DNA of 64,000 nt from Candidatus Scatosoma sp. (lineage in GTDB: Bacteria; Bacillota; Clostridia; Christensenellales; Borkfalkiaceae), in NCBI GenBank assembly GCA_045655705.1, contig JAZOPU010000119.1:1013-65012 (forward strand). Direction: 5' to 3'. A program made the translations under genes and the position numbers. Of the stretch, positions 46,908 through 57,065 are shown piece after piece (position 1 is the stretch's first letter; every line of letters begins with the position of its first letter). Under the pieces are notes generated by a model, which saw only the letters and a program-made list of their open reading frames with translations, was not told the origin of the DNA and did not search any database.

Positions 46908-47321
46908 ATGAGAAACACAGCCAGAGAAGCGGCATTAAATATCATTTTTGCCGAGCAATTCAACACCGACTGTTTGGATAATTTAAAAAAGAAAGTTTTC
47001 AAACAGTTTAAGCTTGAAAATGAAGCGGATCTTCGTTTTGCTTGCGATTTGATCTCCGCGGTGGAAACCAACCGCGCAGAGCTGATTGCGGGCATTGAAG
47101 AAGCTTGTCATCACTATAAAGAAAACCGTATCAATCCAACGGATAAAAGTATACTTTTGATCGCTATGGCAGAAATTCATTATTTCGACGATATCCCGCC
47201 TATCGTTTCCGTTTCCGAAGCAACGGGACTTGCGAAAAAATATTCCACGGAAAAAAGTGCGGATTTTGTAAACGGCGTACTTTCGGGCGTCGTAAATAAA
47301 CAGGACGGAGAAAACAAATGA
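46908..47321 (+). CDS. nusB: Transcription antitermination factor NusB
   Basis: AREAALNIIF..., EAVSVSEATGLAKKYSTEKSADFVNGVL pattern. Sits before folD. Confidence 0.88.
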   Translation: MRNTAREAALNIIFAEQFNTDCLDNLKKKVFKQFKLENEADLRFACDLISAVETNRAELIAGIEEACHHYKENRINPTDKSILLIAMAEIHYFDDIPPIVSVSEATGLAKKYSTEKSADFVNGVLSGVVNKQDGENK

Positions 47322-48148
47322 AAATTATCGACGGAAAAGCGCTTGCGGCAAAGCTCCGCGGGCAAATCAAAGAAAAAATAGCGGCATCGGGAAAAACGGT
47401 AGGTTTGGCGGTCGTGCTTGTTGGTAGCGATCCCGCTTCGCAAATCTACGTACGTAATAAAATCAAAGCCTGCGAAGAAGTAGGGGTAAAATCTTTTGCG
47501 TATACGCTCGAAGAAACGGCAACGCAAGAACAAGTGGAAACGCTTTTGGATACGCTTGCGGCGGACGATAACGTACACGGCATTTTATTGCAGCTTCCGC
47601 TCCCCAAGGGGTTAGACGCGGAAAGTGCAATGGCGCGTATTCCCGCGTCGAAAGACGTGGACGGATTTTCCGCGGAAAATCTCGGACTTTTGGCGTTGCA
47701 TAAGGAAGTGATTGCTTCCTGCACCCCGCTTGGCGTTATGAAAATGTTAGAAGACGAGGGGATTGATTGCACGGGTAAGCACGCTGTCGTTATCGGCAGA
47801 AGCGACACGGTCGGCAAGCCCATGGCAATGCTTCTTCTCAACGCCAACGCAACCGTAACTGTTTGTCATAGTAAAACGAAAAATATTAAAGAAATTTGTA
47901 AAACAGCCGACATATTGGTGGCTGCCGTAGGTAGACCGAAATTCGTTACCGCGGATATGGTAAAAGACGGCGCAGTCGTAATCGACGTGGGTATCAACCG
48001 CGACGAAAACGGCAAAATTTGCGGGGACGTAGATTTTGAAGCGGTGAAAGACAAAGTATCGCACATCACGCCCGTTCCCGGCGGCGTAGGGCCTATGACG
48101 ATCACGATGCTTATGCATAACACCTGTTTGACGGCAATTAAGGAGTAA
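47318..48148 (+). CDS. folD: Bifunctional methylenetetrahydrofolate dehydrogenase/cyclohydrolase
   Basis: MKIIDGKALA, GILLQLPLP, VVIGRSDTVGKPMA, PVPGGVGPMT. Confidence 0.95.
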   Translation: MKIIDGKALAAKLRGQIKEKIAASGKTVGLAVVLVGSDPASQIYVRNKIKACEEVGVKSFAYTLEETATQEQVETLLDTLAADDNVHGILLQLPLPKGLDAESAMARIPASKDVDGFSAENLGLLALHKEVIASCTPLGVMKMLEDEGIDCTGKHAVVIGRSDTVGKPMAMLLLNANATVTVCHSKTKNIKEICKTADILVAAVGRPKFVTADMVKDGAVVIDVGINRDENGKICGDVDFEAVKDKVSHITPVPGGVGPMTITMLMHNTCLTAIKE

Positions 48149-48152
48149 GAGA

Positions 48153-49034
48153 TTGAACGATTTTAACATTCGCTATCAAGAGTTCGTAACGGCGTTTGAA
48201 GAATATCTTAAAAATTATACAGACAAGCTGGTCACTACGCCCGCTGTGCTTGCGGAAAGTATGAAATACAGCTTGCTTTCGGGCGGAAAACGTGTTCGTC
48301 CCGTGTTGGCACTTGCAACTGCCGACGTTTTGGGTTTGGAGCGTGCGGAAATACTTCCGTTTGCGCTTGCTTTGGAAATGATCCACACGTATTCGCTCGT
48401 ACACGACGATTTGCCTGCCATGGATAACGACGACTACCGTCGCGGTAGGCTATCAAACCACAAAAAGTTCGGCGAAGCAAACGCCGTTTTGGCGGGGGAC
48501 GCACTGTTAAACCAAGCGTATGCGCTGTGTTTCCGTGAGTGTTTAAAAGGAGAAAAATACGCCTTGGCGGCAGGGCTTTTGAACGAATGTGCGGGCGTTT
48601 ACGGTATGATCGCAGGGCAATCGGCGGATATGCTGTTCTCGCAAACGGACAAGGAAATCTCCGAAGACGATCTTTCCTTTATCTACGAGCATAAAACGGG
48701 GAAATTGTTGCTTGCTCCCGTTGCAATCGCGAGCATTTTAAAGGATAATAAACAATATATCACCTTGGAACGGTTTGGGAAATTACTGGGCAGACTTTTC
48801 CAAATGACGGACGATATACTCGACGTGACAGGGAATTTTGATAAGCTTGGTAAAACGATAGGCAAAGACGAGCAGGAAAACAAATTAACCTGTGTTCGTT
48901 TGTACGGTTTAGAAGGGGCTAAACTTCGCGCGGATATGTGCGCAAGCGATTGTCACACCGTTTTAGAAGGCGTGGACGGCGATACGGAGTTTTTGCATCA
49001 ACTGGTTGATTACGTATTAAACCGCACGCATTAG
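48153..49034 (+). CDS. ispA: Polyprenyl (farnesyl/geranylgeranyl) diphosphate synthase
   Basis: First Asp-rich motif LVHDDLPAMDNDDYRRG and second motif FQMTDDILD. TTG start after AAGGAG. Confidence 0.88.
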   Translation: MNDFNIRYQEFVTAFEEYLKNYTDKLVTTPAVLAESMKYSLLSGGKRVRPVLALATADVLGLERAEILPFALALEMIHTYSLVHDDLPAMDNDDYRRGRLSNHKKFGEANAVLAGDALLNQAYALCFRECLKGEKYALAAGLLNECAGVYGMIAGQSADMLFSQTDKEISEDDLSFIYEHKTGKLLLAPVAIASILKDNKQYITLERFGKLLGRLFQMTDDILDVTGNFDKLGKTIGKDEQENKLTCVRLYGLEGAKLRADMCASDCHTVLEGVDGDTEFLHQLVDYVLNRTH

Positions 49035-49042
49035 GAGTTTTT

Positions 49043-50770
49043 ATGTTACAAAAAATACAACACTCGTCGATTAAAAACTGCACGAGAAACGAGCTCAACG
49101 TTTTGTGCGACGAGTTGCGCCATACCATATATGAAACGGTTATGCAATGCGGCGGACACCTTGCTTCCAACCTTGGGGCAGTCGAATCCACCGTAGCGCT
49201 TTTTTACGTATTTGATTTTCCTAATGATAAGGTTGTATTCGACGTAGGTCATCAATGTTATGCATATAAACTTTTGAGCGGTAGATTGGACAAGTTTTCT
49301 TCACTGCGTAAAGCGGGCGGTATTTCAGGTTTTCCAAAGCGCAACGAAAGTAAATTCGACGCGTATGACACAGGACACGCCGGCACGTCCGTTTCCGCTG
49401 CAATCGGATTAAAAAAAGCCGCGCAGTTAAACGGAGAAAAACGAAACGTGATTGCGTATATCGGCGACGGCTCGTTTAATAACGGGCTTGTATACGAAGC
49501 GCTTTCGTCTTTAAAAATATTAAACACGAATATCTTGATCGTGCTCAATGACAACGGTATGTCCATTTCCCCGACAGTAGGGGGTATGTATGACATTCTC
49601 GCCCAAATCAAAGATAGTGATAATACGGCGGGAATTCGGCTTTTAGAAAATTTCGGGCTTACCTATCTCGGTGTGAAAGACGGCAACGACGTGGACGAAA
49701 TGGTAGACGCCATGTCGCAAGCCAAGGATTTATTGCAAAACGGCTCTGTGCTTTTGCATATTGCAACGAAAAAGGGCAAGGGCTACGAATTTAGCGAAGA
49801 ACACCCCACGAACACACACGGCGTACCGCCTGTCGGTTCGCCCAAAGATAAAGAATACTCCAAGGTGCTTGGCGAAACGCTTTGCGCACTTGCGAAAAAA
49901 AATGAAAAAATCACCGTGGTTTCCGCGGCTATGAAAGAAGCTTTGGGCTTGGAAGAATTTTTCAAAAGTTATCCACAACGCGCGTTTGACGTGGGTATTT
50001 GTGAAGAAAACGCGTCGGTACTTTGCGCGGCAATGGCAGTGGGCGGTTTAAAACCGTATTATGCGATTTATTCCACGTTTTTACAGCGTGCGTTTGATGA
50101 AATTATCCACGACGTATGCGCACAGGATTTGCCTGTTACCTTTTGTATAGACCGTGCGGGAATCTCGGGCGCGGACGGAGAAACGCATCAAGGCGTTTTC
50201 GATTTGTCCTATTTGTCGCTAATTCCAAATATTACGATTGTTGCACCCAAAGACACCGAAGAACTTAAAAAGACGTTGGAATGGAGTGTAGGTTATCCAC
50301 ACCCGCTCGCCATTCGTTATCCTCGCGCAGGGAAAGTGATTTTTGAAAGTGATGATATACCCTTGCAAGCGGGTAAATGGGAATATTTGCATAAGATAAG
50401 CGGTGCCAAAGCAAGTATTATCGCGGCAGGTGAGCGAAGCTTAATTATTGCTATGAAAGTGCAAAAAAATCTTGAAAAACAAGGATTTTCTTGCGACGTA
50501 ATCAACGCTCGGTTTGTTAAACCGTTGGATATAGATCTGTTGAATACGTTACAAAGCACCCATATCGTAACCATTGAAGATAACGTGTATCTTGGCGGGC
50601 TCGGCGCAATGATTGGCGGGGAAATTTTCAAACAAAACAAAGACGTTACCATAAAAACGTTTGCTTATCGCGACGAATTTATCCCGCAGGGGAGCATTGC
50701 AAGCTTACAAAGCGAATACGGCGTTGACTGCAAAGAAATAGAAAATTATTTATTGCAGGTATTGCAATGA
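49043..50770 (+). CDS. dxs: 1-deoxy-D-xylulose-5-phosphate synthase
   Basis: GGHLASNLGAVESTVAL, FDVGHQCYAYKLL, GHAGTSVSAA, IGDGSFNNG. Transketolase-like C-terminal domains. Confidence 0.92.
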   Translation: MLQKIQHSSIKNCTRNELNVLCDELRHTIYETVMQCGGHLASNLGAVESTVALFYVFDFPNDKVVFDVGHQCYAYKLLSGRLDKFSSLRKAGGISGFPKRNESKFDAYDTGHAGTSVSAAIGLKKAAQLNGEKRNVIAYIGDGSFNNGLVYEALSSLKILNTNILIVLNDNGMSISPTVGGMYDILAQIKDSDNTAGIRLLENFGLTYLGVKDGNDVDEMVDAMSQAKDLLQNGSVLLHIATKKGKGYEFSEEHPTNTHGVPPVGSPKDKEYSKVLGETLCALAKKNEKITVVSAAMKEALGLEEFFKSYPQRAFDVGICEENASVLCAAMAVGGLKPYYAIYSTFLQRAFDEIIHDVCAQDLPVTFCIDRAGISGADGETHQGVFDLSYLSLIPNITIVAPKDTEELKKTLEWSVGYPHPLAIRYPRAGKVIFESDDIPLQAGKWEYLHKISGAKASIIAAGERSLIIAMKVQKNLEKQGFSCDVINARFVKPLDIDLLNTLQSTHIVTIEDNVYLGGLGAMIGGEIFKQNKDVTIKTFAYRDEFIPQGSIASLQSEYGVDCKEIENYLLQVLQ

Positions 50771-51558
50771 GAGCGGATAAATATTTTGCTCCGCGTTTTG
50801 GCTCTCGCACAAAAGCCGCTCAAGCCCTTGACCGCGGTTTAATATTACTTGACGGCAAGGCTTTGCGCGCAAAAGACGAAGTAAAAGAAGGCGCGCGCAT
50901 AGAAATTCGTGAGGCGGAGGATTTATTCGTTTCCAACGGCGGATACAAACTCGACCGCGCTATAAAAATTTTTAACTTAAATTGTCAAGATAAGGTGTTC
51001 GTCGATATCGGAGCGAGTACGGGCGGTTTTACTGATTGTCTTTTGCAAAATCACGCAAAAAAAATATATGCGGTAGACGTAGGGGAAAGCCAACTGCATG
51101 AAAAACTGCAACGCGATCCTCGCGTGATACCTATGGATAACACAAACGCGCGATACCTTGAAAAATCGCATTTTTCCGATATAATTGACGGAGTGGTTAC
51201 GGACGTAAGTTTTATTTCGTTGCGTTTGATTTTTCCCGTTATCAAGGATATTTTAGCCCAAAACGGGTTTGCGGTAGTGCTTGTCAAACCACAATTTGAA
51301 TGTGAAAATAAAAATATCGGCAAAAGCGGGATAGTGCACACTTCAGCGCACGCGGATATTGTGAAAAAAGTATTTTCCTACGCAACGGACAATGGATTAT
51401 ATCCACACGCGATTATAAACGCGCCCGTGCGCAAGGGAAAAAATATAGAATACGTATTGCTGGTAAAGCCCGACTACGTGGATGCACCACGGCAAGAAAC
51501 GTTGCTTTTACAACTCAAAGAAGCGATTGCCTTGCATAAAGAAGGGCAATTACGATAA
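50767..51558 (+). CDS. tlyA: TlyA family rRNA (cytidine-2'-O)-methyltransferase
   Basis: S4-like N-terminus. VSNGGYKLDRAI and DIGASTGGFTDCLLQNHAKKIYAVDVG. Confidence 0.88.
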   Translation: MRADKYFAPRFGSRTKAAQALDRGLILLDGKALRAKDEVKEGARIEIREAEDLFVSNGGYKLDRAIKIFNLNCQDKVFVDIGASTGGFTDCLLQNHAKKIYAVDVGESQLHEKLQRDPRVIPMDNTNARYLEKSHFSDIIDGVVTDVSFISLRLIFPVIKDILAQNGFAVVLVKPQFECENKNIGKSGIVHTSAHADIVKKVFSYATDNGLYPHAIINAPVRKGKNIEYVLLVKPDYVDAPRQETLLLQLKEAIALHKEGQLR

Positions 51559-51576
51559 ATGCATTTGGAGAAAACG

Positions 51577-52383
51577 ATGAAAATCGGAGTGCTTGGAAAA
51601 ATTTCAAAAGTAAAAAACGAAGCGACGATTGATGAAATCGTAGCGTTTTTGCGTGTGTTAGGGTACGATACCGTTAAATTTTCAACGCCGTTGGAGATTG
51701 ACAACGTAGACGTCGTCGTGGTTCTGGGCGGCGACGGTGCGATTTTACATACCGCGGTTGCCGCGGCGCGTTGCGGAGCAAAAATAATCGGCATCAACTA
51801 CGGCAATCTCGGATTTTTAACCGAATACGAAAAAAACGAGAAAGAAAATATCAAAAACCTTTTAGAAGCACTCAAAACAAACACTTGCCGTATTGTTCGA
51901 CGCAGTGTTTTGGCGTGTGAAGTGGCAGGAAAAACCTTTTACGCGCTCAACGAAGTTGCCTTGCAACGGGATTGCGGAAATTTATCGCAAAAAAACCCGC
52001 AAATACTCAAATTAAACGTACGCACGAACGAAGGGGAAACGCTCGTTTCGGGGGACGGTGTGCTTATATGTACGCCAACAGGCTCCACGGCATATTCTTT
52101 GTCGGCGGGCGGTGCAATCTTAACGCCCGAAGTGCCTGTGTTTATGCTCACGCCCATTTGCGCTTTTTCTATGCGTTCCCGCCCGATCGTATTTTCCGAT
52201 TCTGAAACGTTTTGCGTTTCTACGGTTCGTGGCAAAGCTATGCTTCTCGTGGACGGGCACGTTGTGGCAACGCTGTCCGAAGGGGCGGAAATACGCGTGA
52301 AAAAAGCACCGTTTACGGCGGATTTTCCTGCTCGTGAGCAATCGGGTTTTTTGAATAAAGTAAAGAATAAATTGAACGGATAA
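51577..52383 (+). CDS. nadK: NAD+ kinase
   Basis: VVVLGGDGAILH, NYGNLGFL, TPTGSTAYSLSAGG. ATG 51577 follows GGAG. The ORF track begins at 51559. Confidence 0.9.
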   Translation: MKIGVLGKISKVKNEATIDEIVAFLRVLGYDTVKFSTPLEIDNVDVVVVLGGDGAILHTAVAAARCGAKIIGINYGNLGFLTEYEKNEKENIKNLLEALKTNTCRIVRRSVLACEVAGKTFYALNEVALQRDCGNLSQKNPQILKLNVRTNEGETLVSGDGVLICTPTGSTAYSLSAGGAILTPEVPVFMLTPICAFSMRSRPIVFSDSETFCVSTVRGKAMLLVDGHVVATLSEGAEIRVKKAPFTADFPAREQSGFLNKVKNKLNG

Positions 52384-52407
52384 TAAAATACGAAGGAAGG
52401 GGAAACT

Positions 52408-52860
52408 ATGTTACGATCGGCACGGCATGCGAAAATTTTAGATATCATTTCGCATATGGAAATTGAAACGCAAGAAGAACTTTGTCAAGAGCTCAACGCG
52501 CGCAACCTTATGGTTACGCAAGCCACCATTTCGCGCGATATTCGCGATTTGCATTTATTTAAAGTCGCAGGCGTAAGTAAAAAATACCGCTATGCGTATA
52601 TTCGCGACGGTGAAAGCGAGATTTCTCCGAAAATGCGTGGGCTTTTTCGAGATTGTGTAACGTCCGTTTGCGCAGCGAAAAATCTTGTCGTAGTCAAAAC
52701 GATGGCGGGAAACGGCGCAAATGCGGGCGCGGTTGTGGATAAACTCAACTACGTAGGTATCGTGGGCTCGGTTGCGGGCGACGATACGCTGTTGATTGTG
52801 TGCGATTCAGATGAAAACGCAGGAATGGTAGTTAATAAACTCAACGATTTTATCAGATAA
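52408..52860 (+). CDS. argR: Arginine repressor
   Basis: Winged-helix N-terminus (QEELCQELNARNLMVTQATISRDIRDL) and C-terminal GTIAGDDT-like SVAGDDTLLIV. Confidence 0.9.
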   Translation: MLRSARHAKILDIISHMEIETQEELCQELNARNLMVTQATISRDIRDLHLFKVAGVSKKYRYAYIRDGESEISPKMRGLFRDCVTSVCAAKNLVVVKTMAGNGANAGAVVDKLNYVGIVGSVAGDDTLLIVCDSDENAGMVVNKLNDFIR

Positions 52861-52869
52861 GGAACGCGT

Positions 52870-54570
52870 ATGTTAGCAAGGCTTACTATAAAAAACGTAG
52901 CGCTTATCGAACACGCCGACATTAACTTTGGCGAAGGCTTGAACGTTTTGTCGGGGGAAACGGGCGCGGGAAAATCGGTAATTTTGGATTCCGTGAATTT
53001 CGTTTTGGGCGCAAAAGCGGATAAAACGATGATTCGTTATGGGGAAACGGAGTGCTCTGTGCGCGCCGAATTTTTTGTTTCGGAAAATTCAAAAGCCATA
53101 GCTCTTATGCGTGATATGGATATAGATTCGGACGGAGAGATTATTATTTCGCGTAAATTTAACGATAGTGGTAAAAATTCCATAAAACTCAACGGTAACA
53201 CCGTTACCGCGACAATGTTACGCAAAATAACCGATTGTTTGGTGGACGTACACGGACAAAGTGAGCACTTTTATTTATTAAAAGAAAGCAATCAATTAAA
53301 AGTTCTCGACGGGGTAGTTGGGGAAAAATTATCACCTGAAAAAGAGAAATTATATGCACTTTTACAGCAAAACAAGGAAATTGATCAGCAAATATCACTT
53401 CTTGGTGGCGACGAGCAGGAACGCGGGCGTAGATTGGATATTTTAAGTTTCCAAATAGAAGAAATCCAAGCGGTAGATTTACAAGATGGCGAAGAAGAAG
53501 AGCTTATCGCAAAACGCAATAAAATAAACAATCTCGAAAAAATCATCTCCGCCTTGCGCGAAGCTTCGCAGGCACTTTCGGGCGAAAACGGGGCGTTGGA
53601 TTGCTTGCGTATTGCCGATAGAGCGATATCTTCTGTTTCTAAATTAGACGAAGCGTACGAAGAAATCGGCACGAAATTAGAAGAATTGTCTATCAACGCA
53701 AGCGATATTTCCGATACGCTCATACAACTTGCCGACGAGCTGTATTTCGACGAAAACGAAGCGAGAGAAGTAGAACTTCGTTTGGATGCTATTCACGCCT
53801 TAAAACGCAAATACGGCGCAAATAAACAAGAAATCGACGCGTATTTAGAGAAAATCTCTTCCGAATACGAATTGCTTTCCGATTGCGAAGGGCAATACGC
53901 GTTGTTGACGGCAAAAAAAGCCGAAATAAAGCGCAAAATTTTTTCCGTTTGTCAAACGATTACGACGTTACGCAAAGAACACGGCGAGCGGTTTTGCAAG
54001 CGTGTAACGGAAGAATTAAAAACCTTGAATATTCCAAATGCACAATTTACGATTTTCTTTGAGCCGTATGAAGAAAAGGACGTGGAAAAGGCGACGGCGA
54101 ACGGGTTAGACTCGATCGAATTTCAATTTTCCGCAAACGCAGGCGAGCCTATGAAACCGTTAGGGAAGATTATCAGCGGTGGGGAAATGAGCCGATTTAT
54201 GTTGGCGGTCAAAACCCAGCTTTCTGATTTAAACGACATATCCACGTATATTTTCGACGAGATAGACGCGGGAATTAGTGGTAAAACGGCGAAAGTTGTG
54301 GGTGAAAAATTGGCGAGAATCGCCCAAAACACACAAATCCTTGCCGTATCGCATCTTGCGCAAATTGCCGCTATAAGTGATAATGAGTTCTTGATTGAAA
54401 AACAAGAAGAAAACCAAAAGACTTTAACGCGTGTGTATGCGTTAACCGAAGAACAAAAAACGAAAGAACTCGTTCGGTTATTGGGCGGAACTGACCAAGA
54501 CGAATATGCCTTAAAACACGCGCAAGAACTGTTAGGACAGGCAAAAGAATACAAAAACAGTATATCTTGA
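52870..54570 (+). CDS. recN: DNA repair protein RecN
   Basis: Walker A SGETGAGKS, long coiled coil, signature ISGGEMSR, Walker B YIFDEIDAG. Confidence 0.93.
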   Translation: MLARLTIKNVALIEHADINFGEGLNVLSGETGAGKSVILDSVNFVLGAKADKTMIRYGETECSVRAEFFVSENSKAIALMRDMDIDSDGEIIISRKFNDSGKNSIKLNGNTVTATMLRKITDCLVDVHGQSEHFYLLKESNQLKVLDGVVGEKLSPEKEKLYALLQQNKEIDQQISLLGGDEQERGRRLDILSFQIEEIQAVDLQDGEEEELIAKRNKINNLEKIISALREASQALSGENGALDCLRIADRAISSVSKLDEAYEEIGTKLEELSINASDISDTLIQLADELYFDENEAREVELRLDAIHALKRKYGANKQEIDAYLEKISSEYELLSDCEGQYALLTAKKAEIKRKIFSVCQTITTLRKEHGERFCKRVTEELKTLNIPNAQFTIFFEPYEEKDVEKATANGLDSIEFQFSANAGEPMKPLGKIISGGEMSRFMLAVKTQLSDLNDISTYIFDEIDAGISGKTAKVVGEKLARIAQNTQILAVSHLAQIAAISDNEFLIEKQEENQKTLTRVYALTEEQKTKELVRLLGGTDQDEYALKHAQELLGQAKEYKNSIS

Positions 54571-54595
54571 CAAACACCTTATTTTATCTTTTTAA

Positions 54596-54624
54596 GAATA
54601 GAAACGCTCGACTTGCACAAATTA
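54596..54624 (+). promoter_or_regulatory. Possible forespore sigma-F/G type promoter of spoIVB
   Basis: GAATA (54596-54600), 17 nt, CAAATTA (54618-54624), compared with the recalled consensus GhATr-17/18-CATnnTA. One mismatch in the -10. Confidence 0.3.
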
Positions 54625-54644
54625 CTTTCTAAACGGAGGAAGTT

Positions 54645-55652
54645 ATGCGCAAGTCGAATTTTTTTATTGTGGGGGCGTTATTGTCCTTCGCCTTTGCAGC
54701 TGGCGGGTATGAAACGGTTACCGCTTCCGCACAAGAACAAGGCGTATACGTTGGCGGAATGTCGGCGGGCTTTACTTTAAAATCAGGCAATCCGCAAATC
54801 ATAGGCATCAGCGAAGTACTAACGGAAAAAGGAGCGTGTTCTCCCGCGGCAACAGCAGGACTTCGTGCGGGGGATAAAATTTATAAAGCAGGCGGTATAC
54901 GCGTAGAAACGATAAAACAGCTTAATGAAATCGTCAATAAAACGCAGGAAAAGGCGTTGGAATTGCAAGTTTTACGCGGAAATGAAGAAATTTTAATCAA
55001 AGTAACACCCGCAAAAGACCGCACGACGGGGCATTATAAAATCGGCATTTTAGCCAGAGATAGTATATCGGGGATTGGAACGGTAACGTATATAGATAAA
55101 GCCAACGATCGATTTGGAGCTTTGGGACATTCCGTTTCAGGCGAAAATAAACGAGAACTTTCGATTACGGACGGTTTGGTGTATGAATGTAGTATCGTAG
55201 GCGTGAATAAAGGAATACGCGGAAAAGCGGGAGAGCTTCGCGGAATGTTTTTAAGCAATAAAACGATCGGCGTAGCGGATAAATTGTGTGATTGCGGTAT
55301 TTTTGGCAAAGTGGATAAGAATTTTCAAACGGACGGACTTATTTACACCGTAGCGGACTCGCAATCAGTTGTTCCTGGGAATGCGGTTATTTATTCAACG
55401 GTAAATGGTGTCACGCCTGTCAAATACGATATTGAGATTGTAAAAGTAGATAAAAACAATAAAGAAAATAAAAATTTCGTTATCAAAATCACGGACGAAG
55501 AGCTTATTCGCGAAACGGGCGGAATTGTGCAAGGAATGAGCGGTAGCCCGATTATGCAAAACGGAAAATTGATAGGGGCGGTCACGCACGTATTCGTCAA
55601 CGATCCCACTCGTGGGTATGGAATTGATATACAAACAATGTTGAAAGAATAG
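54645..55652 (+). CDS. spoIVB: SpoIVB signalling serine peptidase (S55)
   Basis: Signal anchor, PDZ domain (GLRAGDKIYKAGG). Protease motifs GTVTYIDKANDRFGALGH and QGMSGSPI. Confidence 0.9.
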   Translation: MRKSNFFIVGALLSFAFAAGGYETVTASAQEQGVYVGGMSAGFTLKSGNPQIIGISEVLTEKGACSPAATAGLRAGDKIYKAGGIRVETIKQLNEIVNKTQEKALELQVLRGNEEILIKVTPAKDRTTGHYKIGILARDSISGIGTVTYIDKANDRFGALGHSVSGENKRELSITDGLVYECSIVGVNKGIRGKAGELRGMFLSNKTIGVADKLCDCGIFGKVDKNFQTDGLIYTVADSQSVVPGNAVIYSTVNGVTPVKYDIEIVKVDKNNKENKNFVIKITDEELIRETGGIVQGMSGSPIMQNGKLIGAVTHVFVNDPTRGYGIDIQTMLKE

Positions 55653-55701
55653 TGTGCCAGACATAATAGTTTATCAATGTCAAACAAAATATGGAGGGAA
55701 T

Positions 55702-56931
55702 ATGAGAAAAGGTGTTGGAGCAACGATAGCATGCGTCCTCGCTGTAACGGCAAGTATAGCGGGAATAGGTGCAAACTTACAAAGTAAAAGCGTGCAAGCA
55801 AATGCGTATTATCAAGAATATTGTGAAGAAAACGCTATAAACACGGCAAAAACGCAGGAAAATTTACAAACACGAGCAAAATCGGCGTATCTTATGGATT
55901 TTGGCTCGGGGAGCGTGATGTATGCACACAACGAAAAAGCGCGTTTGCCGATTGCGAGTATGTGCAAAATTATGACCTTAATTTTAGCGTTTGACGCTAT
56001 CAAAGCGGGCGTAATGACAATGGACGAGCAAATTTGCGTGAGTGAAAGAGCGTCTTCGATGGGTGGCTCGCAGGTATTTTTGGAAACAAATGCGAAATAT
56101 CCCGTCAAAGAGCTGATTAAAAGTGTCGTCGTATGCTCGGCAAACGATAGTTGCGTGGCGTTGGCGGAGCGCATTGCAGGCAATGAAAGCGTGTTCGTGG
56201 ATAGAATGAACGAACGAGCAAAAGGACTTGGCGCGAACGATACGTTGTTTGCGAACTGCACGGGACTTCCCAAAGAACCGCAATATTCTTGCGCAAAAGA
56301 CGTGGCGTTAATGCTGAAAGAACTTTTAAAAAACGAAGAATATTATGCATTTGGGAAAGTTTGGCTGGATAAATTTGCGCATCCGCAAGGACGGTATACG
56401 GAAATTACCAACACGAATAAATTGGTGCGTTTTTACGACGGTTGCGACGGTGGAAAGACGGGATTTACCAATCAAGCAGGATTTTGTCTTGCGGCAACGG
56501 CAAAACGCGGTGGAATGCGCGTAATATCCGTCGTTATTGGCGAACAAGACAGTAAAACCCGTTTCGACGACGTGCGAAGTATGTTCGACTATGCCTTTGC
56601 TAATTACTCGGTGCAACCGATTGTGGAAGCAGGCGTGCCGTTGGAAAATAGCGCAACGGTGAAAAACGGAAAATTAAAAACGGCGCAAATCGTACCCGAG
56701 CGTTCTTGCTATGCCTTTACCAAACGCGGGGAAAAAGGAAATATTACGATGGAAATAAATGTTATGCCGTTGCGAGCACCCGTAAAAAAGGGGGAGAAAG
56801 CAGGGGAAATAGTCGTTTTTAAAGACCACGTAGAAATAGACCGCGTGACATTGCTTGCAAACGAAAACGTGGAAAAAGCAACGCTTTTCGACCGTTTGAA
56901 GGACGTTGCAAAGGGCTGGAACGCAAGATAA
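55702..56931 (+). CDS. D-alanyl-D-alanine carboxypeptidase (S11, PBP5-type)
   Basis: SMCKIMT (SxxK), CSANDS (SxN), KTGFT (KTG). ATG 55702 follows GGAGGG. Confidence 0.88.
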   Translation: MRKGVGATIACVLAVTASIAGIGANLQSKSVQANAYYQEYCEENAINTAKTQENLQTRAKSAYLMDFGSGSVMYAHNEKARLPIASMCKIMTLILAFDAIKAGVMTMDEQICVSERASSMGGSQVFLETNAKYPVKELIKSVVVCSANDSCVALAERIAGNESVFVDRMNERAKGLGANDTLFANCTGLPKEPQYSCAKDVALMLKELLKNEEYYAFGKVWLDKFAHPQGRYTEITNTNKLVRFYDGCDGGKTGFTNQAGFCLAATAKRGGMRVISVVIGEQDSKTRFDDVRSMFDYAFANYSVQPIVEAGVPLENSATVKNGKLKTAQIVPERSCYAFTKRGEKGNITMEINVMPLRAPVKKGEKAGEIVVFKDHVEIDRVTLLANENVEKATLFDRLKDVAKGWNAR

Positions 56932-56936
56932 CGAAT

Positions 56937-56984
56937 AAAAACCGACGATATCGAAAAGTTTTTCGGTAAAGTCGGTTTTTTTTG
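56937..56984 (+). terminator. Intrinsic terminator (interrupted long hairpin)
   Basis: AAAAACCGAC (56937-56946) pairs with GTCGGTTTTT (56971-56980). An inner CGAAAA/TTTTCG stem is present, and a T-run follows. Confidence 0.7.
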
Positions 56985-57065
56985 TGTGAAAACGGCTTTG
57001 CACCCTTGCATTTTTGCGTGGGATTTGATAAAATAATATAAAATAAGTATAGTAAGGTATGAACT

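Noticed and set aside
52850-52880. LexA (Cheo/SOS) box in front of recN.
   Set aside because: GAAC is present (GGAACGCGTATGTTAG), but the sequence does not fit GAAC-N4-GTTC. recN also appears to be co-transcribed with argR.
54609-54656. Inverted repeat CGACTTGC (54609-54616) / GCAAGTCG (54649-54656) that could sequester the spoIVB RBS and ATG.
   Set aside because: The left arm falls inside the spacer of the best forespore-type promoter candidate, upstream of its predicted start site. It would therefore be absent from that mRNA. It could matter only for read-through from recN, and the stem is just 8 bp.
56985-57065. Possible lysine (L-box) riboswitch upstream of lysA.
   Set aside because: Only about 80 nt remain between the upstream terminator and the ATG. 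That is far shorter than an L-box, and no conserved L-box helices are recognisable.
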